Shown here: piece by piece, positions 19,268-26,588 of the stretch
How positions within the stretch are numbered: the stretch's first letter is position 1
How the letters are laid out: every line of letters starts with the position of its first letter
DNA from: a virus
Direction: 5' to 3' (one strand)
Length of the DNA: 64,000 nucleotides
IMG/VR virus record: IMGVR_UViG_3300025362_000005
Span: 1 to 64,000 of that record
Program-made: the position numbers and the translations under genes
Notes under the pieces: generated by a model
Told to the model about the DNA's origin: nothing
Seen by the model: the letters and a program-made list of their open reading frames with translations, nothing else
Databases searched by the model: none

Positions 19268-20632
19268 TTATTCTCCTTGGTATTCGGGTATATCTTTCTT
19301 CCACCTACTATCTATATACGTTCTTCCCGTGCCATAGCTATATAGCACTACTACTTCATCCATTTCCGTGTATTCTCCAAATCGTTCAGCGGTAGCCGTA
19401 ATTCTCATAATACCTTGTTGCTTTTCTTCTATAGTTTGATTCAATATAAATAGTCCTGACACATGGTGTAACTTCCTTTTGTCTTCAGCAACATTTGCAC
19501 CATCACCATCTTTGCGAATAGCTTCCCCATTTAAGTGACTAGCTGTTATTACTGCACAGTCAAACTCTTTAGCCCAACCTTTTAGTCCCAACCATGTGTT
19601 GTTTGTTCGGTCTCGTGCATCATAGCCCTGTCCCACAATCATATCCGCGTAGTCAACAAGAATAACATCAGGAATAAACCCATACAGGTATTCAAGTGCT
19701 AGGATTTCATCATGTAATTGCTCCAACGTAGTACTATTTCGTACCACTAATCGTAGTGGACTACAGCGTACCCGTGCTTTCTTCTGCCACTTCGTAAAAT
19801 TGGTTTCTGTTCGTTGATCAAACTCTACTTCTTTATGTAGTATTTCATTGGTGTCATCAGCAAAAAAAGGGAGAGTATATGCTCCTTCGTTACGTGGCTT
19901 ACGTACAAAATTATTAAGCAGTACTTCACTCACTTCTGGTTTAGTCATTTCAAGTTCAAAAAGCAGTGCGTTACATCCTGACAAGCTTGCTATATTAGCT
20001 GTTTGTGCCAGCCACCGCGTTTTACCCCGTTTAGCAATTCCTGCATAGGAGTAAAGATTTCCTCGTCTAAACGCCCCCATGTATTTGCCAAGCACTCCGG
20101 GCATAGAAAATACTTCTTGTTGCTCATTGTTGAAAATATCTGAAACTATTTGTGTGTCTTCCCATAAATTTGTTTCTTCATGATCAATACGTGCTACTTT
20201 GTTATAGGACATCACCAAATTCTCGGCTTTGGCTATATTTGATGTCAACAACGATTTCTCAAGTTCTTCTATGAGTAACGTAATCTTTCTTTCACTTATA
20301 TAATGACGCGCACGGTCTATCATGTAGGGTACATTGTATTTGTCTTTAATAGCATAGGTATCACTCACGTGCTTCAACACTTTTGCGATAATAGCACTAT
20401 CTGCTTCTGTTAAACTAGTTTTATGTTGCGCATAAATCTCTTGTATGAATTGCTTTGGGGCTTCGTTGTACTGTTCATAATACCCTAATACCCAGCCAAG
20501 TATGGTTTTACTGCTATTAGCCTGCAAGTGCTTTGCCAACACAATCCCATTTATTTGTTTAATAAACTCATCTGATACTATCAAGCCAATAAGCAGTTCT
20601 TTCTCAGGTGTCATGCGTAGTGCTTTTGCCAC
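19268..20632 (-). CDS. dnaB: replicative helicase (DnaB-like SF4)
   Basis: AGIAKRGKT, LEM, PDVILVDYADM, ITASH, AEDKRKL. Confidence 0.88.
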   Translation of the reverse strand: MAKALRMTPEKELLIGLIVSDEFIKQINGIVLAKHLQANSSKTILGWVLGYYEQYNEAPKQFIQEIYAQHKTSLTEADSAIIAKVLKHVSDTYAIKDKYNVPYMIDRARHYISERKITLLIEELEKSLLTSNIAKAENLVMSYNKVARIDHEETNLWEDTQIVSDIFNNEQQEVFSMPGVLGKYMGAFRRGNLYSYAGIAKRGKTRWLAQTANIASLSGCNALLFELEMTKPEVSEVLLNNFVRKPRNEGAYTLPFFADDTNEILHKEVEFDQRTETNFTKWQKKARVRCSPLRLVVRNSTTLEQLHDEILALEYLYGFIPDVILVDYADMIVGQGYDARDRTNNTWLGLKGWAKEFDCAVITASHLNGEAIRKDGDGANVAEDKRKLHHVSGLFILNQTIEEKQQGIMRITATAERFGEYTEMDEVVVLYSYGTGRTYIDSRWKKDIPEYQGE

Positions 20633-21132
20633 TATTTATTTCCTTTATGTATTAGTTTTGCTACCACCCCATTTACGGTACGTATCTTAAAACAACTTTG
20701 TAATGGGTTGCGTTCTACCACGTAACCACGTGCCCACAAATCAGCAAGTGACGCCGCAGGTGTTGAGCCACGAGGATACCCATCCCATTTGTCTACTACA
20801 ATTATAGAGGCGAGATGTGCCCAAAAAGCATTACGTGCATCTGCGGTAATATCCGTCCCTAGTGTATAGCATAAAGCCTCTGTAACGCATAAGAAGTTCC
20901 AGTAGCACATCTTTTTACCTAAAGTGGTGCATACACACGTTTCTGCGTCTTCGAGCCAGTCAGCACCGATTATGTGCGTCTCACAGGGTGTGGGTACAAC
21001 TTTCATAGGATTTATTAACTTAGAGGGCAAATATAGATATTCATCCCATTTGCAATTACTAGCATTATCACACTCTTTTCTATAAGGACATTTTTTCTTC
21101 AACACAGCTCTACTATCTTGTACATACTTCAT
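20632..21132 (-). CDS. Cys-rich hypothetical protein
   Basis: ORF with RBS, coupled to the dnaB start. Confidence 0.5.
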   Translation of the reverse strand: MKYVQDSRAVLKKKCPYRKECDNASNCKWDEYLYLPSKLINPMKVVPTPCETHIIGADWLEDAETCVCTTLGKKMCYWNFLCVTEALCYTLGTDITADARNAFWAHLASIIVVDKWDGYPRGSTPAASLADLWARGYVVERNPLQSCFKIRTVNGVVAKLIHKGNK

Positions 21133-21873
21133 ATCTACTTCCTTTATACAAAAGAGGGGTGCTTTATTTAGCTCATGTTGTTGCCCACACCCCTCTAATG
21201 CTTTATACCATAGTCTTCCCTACAATGCAGAGAGTAATGGCTTTCCACACGATTAATGGCAACTCTTTTAAAATGAAACCAATTCAATAAAATATACAAG
21301 AACATCACACACATATTCTTTACTAGGTGTGTCACCTGTACTAGTGTTAAATATAATAGTCACTTTATCCCCTACTCTTTCGATAGACCCTACAGTTTCT
21401 ATTGGAAACCATATTTCATGATCTTTTGTTAATGTAATTTTAATCATTTCTTTCTCCTTTTAATCTTAATTATTTTTCAAGTACTCCACAAGGACTACCA
21501 TCTAAAAAAGTCCAGCTATCTAATAATTCTTGCAAAGACATTTGTCTCGCACTATTACTAGTGATTATGTTATAAGCACCTACCCATATAACAATTGCAA
21601 AATATTGAGGTTTTCCCTTCATCATAATAGGACGCCCAATAATATTTGCCCCATCTGCCCATGAAAAAGGTTTGTATACTTTTAGTGGTATGGGTTCAAC
21701 TACTACACAGTCACACTCTCTTACACAATATGTACCCGTGGTTTCCCCTATTGCTACCTGATAAGTGTCATAGCCATCACGTGCAGTTACTTCAAATACA
21801 CATCCTACTAACTATCTATACCAGAATACTTTATCACTACATCCTGTAATCTTAATTTTCATACTGCCTCCTT

Positions 21874-22149
21874 TTAATAATGCACCATCATAAATTCATA
21901 TCCACTTTCAAACCCTCTGCTGTAGTACTGTGGTGCAAAAAGTGGAACACTAAAGTTCTGGCTAAGATTTTCTGCACTTGAGTAATTATAAAACATTGTC
22001 TCCTCATCTAATAGCAATACTGCATTGTGTGTCCCATATACGGGGGTATTTAACAATGTAGTATTGGCTCTTAATTGCCCAACTACTTCATTAAACTGTG
22101 GCTCAGTCAATGTACTGAAATCCATTACTCCGTCACCTTTGTACATCAT
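21874..22149 (-). CDS. hypothetical protein
   Basis: Packed ORF. Confidence 0.45.
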   Translation of the reverse strand: MMYKGDGVMDFSTLTEPQFNEVVGQLRANTTLLNTPVYGTHNAVLLLDEETMFYNYSSAENLSQNFSVPLFAPQYYSRGFESGYEFMMVHY

Positions 22150-22526
22150 ACGAGCTCCGCGTATTTACCCATAATATGCTTTATTTCTTTAATAGCCTCA
22201 ACACGCGCTTTTAATGTGTTATCATACATGACGCTATTTCTATTATATAGAACAGCAGGTGTCTCACAATTACTATCTGCCCCATCATACGTTTCTGTTG
22301 ATACGCTTAATAGTATATTATGTTTATTAAAAACGTATTTTATTACATGTTTTGTATCATATTTTGTAGAAACATAGGTTTTATACACCTTTATCTCATT
22401 ATCATGTAATACATATTGCGTTTCTTTAAACCCATCACTATCTACCTTTCTGTACTTCATATAATCTAATCCATCTAGTTTATACTCTACCAAATCACAG
22501 GGTCTAACCCCTTCATTTACTTTCAT
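22146..22526 (-). CDS. hypothetical protein
   Basis: Packed ORF with RBS. Confidence 0.5.
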   Translation of the reverse strand: MKVNEGVRPCDLVEYKLDGLDYMKYRKVDSDGFKETQYVLHDNEIKVYKTYVSTKYDTKHVIKYVFNKHNILLSVSTETYDGADSNCETPAVLYNRNSVMYDNTLKARVEAIKEIKHIMGKYAELV

Positions 22527-22822
22527 ACTAACTCCTTTTTTGCTACATCAATAACTTCATTAAGATACCCGTTTCCACAAATATAGTCAATAGGTCGTAC
22601 ATTCTTATTTTTAGCACGTTCCACAAAATCTATGTGCATGTATAGTCTACACATTCTATATAAATCCATCCAAGCATAATCAAACCCCAAGTCATAGGTA
22701 TTACAGTATTTGGCGACAATGTCGTGTAGTGCTCTACGGTGTTTGGGTACGTCTTTAGTAGTGCTTTGAATTCCTAGTCGTTTCTCTATTGCTGTTAAAC
22801 GATCTAATATTTGTTGTTCCAT
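22523..22822 (-). CDS. standalone antirepressor C-terminal-like domain protein
   Basis: R..L..IV..Y.......AW..LY.......I....RAKN.....IDY....G.L pattern; GGAGG RBS before MEQQ. Confidence 0.45.
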   Translation of the reverse strand: MEQQILDRLTAIEKRLGIQSTTKDVPKHRRALHDIVAKYCNTYDLGFDYAWMDLYRMCRLYMHIDFVERAKNKNVRPIDYICGNGYLNEVIDVAKKELV

Positions 22823-22844
22823 GCTTCCTCCTTGTAAAAATAAA

Positions 22845-22918
22845 AACGCCATAAGAGATTCGAACTCTTACCCTGAGATTGGAAATCTCACATGCTAACC
22901 GTTAAACACCAATGACGC
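22845..22918 (-). tRNA. tRNA-Gly(TCC)
   Basis: Acceptor stem GCGTCAT/ATGGCGT, anticodon arm TGAGA-TTTCCAA-TCTCA, T arm AAGAG-TTCGAAT-CTCTT; CCA not encoded. Confidence 0.93.
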
Positions 22919-22993
22919 GTGGTCGGGCAATTTTGTCAATCTCTCTACGGCTACCCCGAATCTCCTTAGTTCATTTGGGAATGACCCAACCTC

Positions 22994-23064
22994 TAACAGG
23001 AACAGAGTACGATTCTGTATCTACGGGTCTATGAATCCCGTGCTCTACATTGAGCTATCCTGCT
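22994..23064 (-). tRNA. tRNA with CAT anticodon (Met/Ile2), atypical
   Basis: Acceptor AGCAGGA/TCCTGTT, D arm GCTC-AATGTA-GAGC, anticodon arm CGGGA-TTCATAG-ACCCG, T arm ACAGA-ATCGTAC-TCTGT. Confidence 0.8.
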
Positions 23065-23108
23065 ATGAATCAGTTTTATCCCACCCACCTATAGAAAGTG
23101 GGACTAAC

Positions 23109-23528
23109 AATACACTGGCATACCGGAAGCCTTATGTTTTTTACATGGGGCGTGTCTACCGCCATAACATTCAAGATTTAAGCCACACCATCCACCGTGT
23201 ACTTGAAACGACCCGTCCATCTTTGGTAGCTTATAACGAAAGCGTTTTTAAACCAACATCTTCAAACGCCCTTTCGGGTAAAGGCTACAGACCCATAGGC
23301 TATGTAGCTCAATCCACTTTGTAGAACCTAACAGCTCATCTAAGCCATTACAACTTTGATTTTGGATTCTATACCTCAAGGACTCTGGTTTGTTCTACAG
23401 TACTATAGTCCCTTTTTCTGCGACTTTAATTGTATGGGGGTGGTAAATTGCTACCCTTATAAAACTCCACCAACACAGCTTCCATACACTGTGGTGGCTT
23501 CAACGTCTACTAAATACAACTAGTGTAC
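23109..23528 (-). ncRNA. large structured ncRNA (~420 nt), possibly ROOL-like
   Basis: No convincing ORF; closing stems TACACT/AGTGTA and GAAGCC/GGCTTC, many internal helices, two pseudoknots, GAAA tetraloop; lies between tRNA-like genes. Confidence 0.7.
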
Positions 23529-23532
23529 TTAC

Positions 23533-23632
23533 TGGAAGTGAGGGCATTGCAGCCCTGTCCTATAAAATCTCAGGCTGTTTTCTCGTGCATTTAACCTTCA
23601 AATGACTTTATAGTCGAAACTATTACACTCCC
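23533..23632 (-). ncRNA. miniature tmRNA (tRNA-like domain only)
   Basis: 5' GGGAGTGTAATAGTTTCGAC; P2 CTATAAAGTC/GATTTTATAG; GAC-AGGGC-TGCAAT-GCCCT-CACTTCC-A 3'; G3.U70 pair and discriminator A. Confidence 0.8.
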
Positions 23633-23637
23633 TTCTT

Positions 23638-23925
23638 CTAAACGATTCTCCATTCATACACACTATTACCTGTTTTAAACTTTATGTAGTTTTCAGTTTC
23701 CTCAATAATTTCAGTTATGTAGCTTGTTTGCCACCAGTCTTGATGGCACATTGTACGCCCTATAATACTTCCTACTCTTATTGCTACCCCTACTCGTGGG
23801 CGTCCACTGTTTTCAAACTCTATATCCCCATCTGCTTCCCACAGTAAAGTACTCATACCACCCCTGTCGCCAGCATCATCTCCAACTCTTTTTAAACTAT
23901 ACATCTTACCCATTCCTTTTCCCAA
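23638..23925 (-). CDS. hypothetical protein
   Basis: ORF ending WWQTS.I.EI.......FKTGNSVY, a pattern seen in phage proteins. Confidence 0.55.
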   Translation of the reverse strand: MGKGMGKMYSLKRVGDDAGDRGGMSTLLWEADGDIEFENSGRPRVGVAIRVGSIIGRTMCHQDWWQTSYITEIIEETENYIKFKTGNSVYEWRIV

Positions 23926-24131
23926 AAATGATTATTCCACTTCTTTATCTGTAGAAAATGTTTTTGTTCAATTTCCAATTTATACTTAACAACTACTGTC
24001 CACCAAGTTTCATCCCCACCCAGTGTTATCCTAGTGTCTGTTTTAACATCCTTTTTGTTAGGTAGCCACACAACCGTTTCTGTAGTCAAATCAGTTTCGT
24101 GTCTTTGTAACAAATACTGTACAACTTTCAT
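23892..24131 (-). CDS. hypothetical protein
   Basis: Packed ORF. Confidence 0.5.
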   Translation of the reverse strand: MKVVQYLLQRHETDLTTETVVWLPNKKDVKTDTRITLGGDETWWTVVVKYKLEIEQKHFLQIKKWNNHFWEKEWVRCIV

Positions 24132-24581
24132 TTAATTTGCCGTTATAACAAAAACCAGATCATATTCATACAAATCTGGACTTAATTCATAAGCAACTAT
24201 AGTATAACTGATTGTAAATATTTTGTCAACCCCACTTGTTTTTACCCCATTAGCAAGTATTTCTACTGCTGTACTGCTTAGTGTTATAGCTACTCCATCA
24301 TACTTCGCGGTGTAAACAAGTTCCTCTGCTGTGGCATTGCCAATTAATTTACCTGCGTTTGTTGAACTCACTGTTATATTATATCCAGTGTTTGCCTTTT
24401 CAGTAATAACTCCTATAGTTGTATCAACCACAGTTGTTGTTAAATCCAATGGTAGGTTTTGCTCTGTAAACGTAATCTCCACCGCACTAGGTATAGTGCC
24501 TGTTAGCGACACTGTTGCTGTTGCCCCAAATAAACCCATAGACAACAGTATTACTACGCCTATCATTATTAATCTTTTCAT
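24132..24581 (-). CDS. secreted pilin/fimbrial-subunit-like beta-sandwich protein
   Basis: Sec signal peptide MKRLIMIGVVILLSMGLFG|A; Thr-rich beta strands; N-terminal ATVSLTGTI and C-terminal LY.YDLVFVITAN strands. Confidence 0.65.
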   Translation of the reverse strand: MKRLIMIGVVILLSMGLFGATATVSLTGTIPSAVEITFTEQNLPLDLTTTVVDTTIGVITEKANTGYNITVSSTNAGKLIGNATAEELVYTAKYDGVAITLSSTAVEILANGVKTSGVDKIFTISYTIVAYELSPDLYEYDLVFVITAN

Positions 24582-24642
24582 ATAATCTCCTTTTTGCATT
24601 TATACCCTATAAGACATATCTTTGCAATATACCCCACAGGGG

Positions 24643-24897
24643 CTATGTAATCTCTATCTGTTCTCCTGTTTCTAGTACTCGTACTTTTAGGGTACACCTA
24701 TAGTCATAGTGATTTCCAAGCCGATCCCCAATTATTACAAAATAAGGGAGCTCACACTTATATTTTTTTACACACTGCACGATACTACCTGCTCGTGCGC
24801 TTGAATGCATGGCAACAATAACTGCTACTTGACCACCTTCCAATTCATTCATTGGAATAATCCGTTTACCAATCTCTTCTACTAATTTACTTCCCAT
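24643..24897 (-). CDS. hypothetical protein, paralogue of 33412..33693
   Basis: Shared E..xGQ.A...G..VQ...IG...VR.LE.GE pattern. Confidence 0.55.
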   Translation of the reverse strand: MGSKLVEEIGKRIIPMNELEGGQVAVIVAMHSSARAGSIVQCVKKYKCELPYFVIIGDRLGNHYDYRCTLKVRVLETGEQIEIT

Positions 24898-25014
24898 TTG
24901 TTTCTCCTTTTTAATTACACATATACCCTTGGATTGCTGTGAGACGCACGAGGTGAACCCACACCAGACTTTATACAGAAAGTTATACAACTATACTACT
25001 TTAGTTATAAAGTC

Positions 25015-26115
25015 TCATAGAGTAGCGTTTTTACGCTCAAACTCAACAGCATATTTTCTGCTCTTTGCTTTAAAACCTATGTGCTGATCTGTAGTACTTC
25101 TCCACACCACGCCTTCACGTTTGACGACCTTGCCATTGTTTTTAAACACAGAGTCGCCATCGGCTTCCGCAAGTATTTCTTCAAGTGTTTGTGGTAATTT
25201 ACTAGGGAGTATAAAAGGCACCATTTGCAATTTAGTTATTTCACAGAAACGTATTAAATCATCTACATTGAGTACTTGACCCGTATCCACCTTAGTTACT
25301 TTGTACACAAATAGTTTTTTGTTGGTAAATCCATAGATATTGCCTTGAATACCTGTGCCACAGATTTCACCCTGTATACACCAATTACCTCGTATGTCTT
25401 TTAGGATGGCCTCTATATTTAGTTCACGTCCTAATGTCTCCCATGTACCACCGCCTTTATTATCTCGCATTACATTATGAGAATACACACGGTATTTCCC
25501 CTTAACCAACATATAGCTTACTGCTTGACCCTCTAGTTTCTCTGTTTTGTAGAAAAGAGTGTCACCATAGTTAGCCTTGTATTTATTGAACAGCTTTTGT
25601 ATGTTTGTTTCATCAGATTTCTGCACTGTAGCGGGATAGTTTTTATTCACACGCTTCTTTAAAAACAGTTTTCTGAAAAAGCTATAACGCAATAACATCT
25701 TCATAAATCGTGAACGCTTCTTAGTGCTACTGGTTGCCCTTTCTTTCAGTTCCTCAACATCATACTTTTGTACCCCCAATATTTCAGTGACATCTACCCC
25801 TTCTTTTACCTTCGTGGATTCGGGTAAAATAGATGTATTAAACACAATACCACTGCTGTATTCTCCTGACATTTTCATATTTTTGATGCGAAAGCCTTGG
25901 AAACCCTCACTCCAACACCGTTTTCTTAAAAACTCAAACTCAGGTCTTACAGGTAAAATGGTATCGTATTCACAAAATACTACTAAATCACCTACTTGAA
26001 ACTCATTTTTCCCTACTATTACTGGATAGTTTTCTACTGTTGCAAGCTCAATTCTATCCTTGCCTTCTATAGGGCGCAGTGTTTGTATGACTGCTATTTT
26101 TGCTAAATCTCGCAC
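25015..26115 (-). CDS. RNA ligase, DRB0094 family (OB-fold + Rnl2-like)
   Basis: PIEGKDRIELATV...F.VGDLVVFCEYD, KSDE..IQ, TEKLEG, IQGEICG.GIQGN, REGVV, FKAKS. Confidence 0.88.
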   Translation of the reverse strand: MRDLAKIAVIQTLRPIEGKDRIELATVENYPVIVGKNEFQVGDLVVFCEYDTILPVRPEFEFLRKRCWSEGFQGFRIKNMKMSGEYSSGIVFNTSILPESTKVKEGVDVTEILGVQKYDVEELKERATSSTKKRSRFMKMLLRYSFFRKLFLKKRVNKNYPATVQKSDETNIQKLFNKYKANYGDTLFYKTEKLEGQAVSYMLVKGKYRVYSHNVMRDNKGGGTWETLGRELNIEAILKDIRGNWCIQGEICGTGIQGNIYGFTNKKLFVYKVTKVDTGQVLNVDDLIRFCEITKLQMVPFILPSKLPQTLEEILAEADGDSVFKNNGKVVKREGVVWRSTTDQHIGFKAKSRKYAVEFERKNATL

Positions 26116-26588
26116 CCCATCCCCCTTACTATTTCAATACCATTCGCTTCTAGTTGGTTTTTTTCTTTCTTTGTCACATCTATAACAATTGTTTGTTTTA
26201 TTTCAGAGTAATTGTCCCAAACTTCACAAACAAAAGCTAACTGAGCCAAATAAGCAGTTTCAGTATCACCACTTACAGCCATAACTTTTTGTTTATAGAA
26301 CCCCACAAGAATACGACTCACGGCTTCACTCTTATTTTTATTCCATACCAGCACTCTTTTTCGCAGTAGTAGTGAAGCAGGGTTAATACGGGTAACTTCA
26401 GTTATTGAACGTACTGTCCAATCAGCCCTCCATTCATCACGTATCTCAGCATTTCTTTGAGAAGAAAATGTATATAGTTTTACTGATACTCCACGTCCAT
26501 CATATTTACCAATTAGTCCTTTATAATAGCCTACAGCCCCGTCACTTACTCTTTTATAAATTTGTCCCGTGAATAGTTTACTACTCAT
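26103..26588 (-). CDS. hypothetical protein
   Basis: Packed ORF. Confidence 0.5.
   Translation of the reverse strand: MSSKLFTGQIYKRVSDGAVGYYKGLIGKYDGRGVSVKLYTFSSQRNAEIRDEWRADWTVRSITEVTRINPASLLLRKRVLVWNKNKSEAVSRILVGFYKQKVMAVSGDTETAYLAQLAFVCEVWDNYSEIKQTIVIDVTKKEKNQLEANGIEIVRGMGCEI

Noticed and set aside
22920-22993. HDV-like/theta ribozyme after the tRNA(CAT)
   Set aside because: Could not build a convincing P1/P1.1/L3 nested double pseudoknot.
23109-23528. RNase P RNA or group I intron identity for the large RNA
   Set aside because: The 3' AAAACATAAGGCTT is reminiscent of RNase P, but the GAGGAAAGTCC P4 strand with its bulged U is absent; no group I P7 core or interrupted gene is visible.
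23109-23632. Two-piece (permuted) tmRNA with the large RNA as the coding piece
   Set aside because: The TLD 5' and 3' halves are in normal order and closed by P2 within 100 nt, and no tag ORF was recognised downstream. A trans-acting role cannot be excluded.
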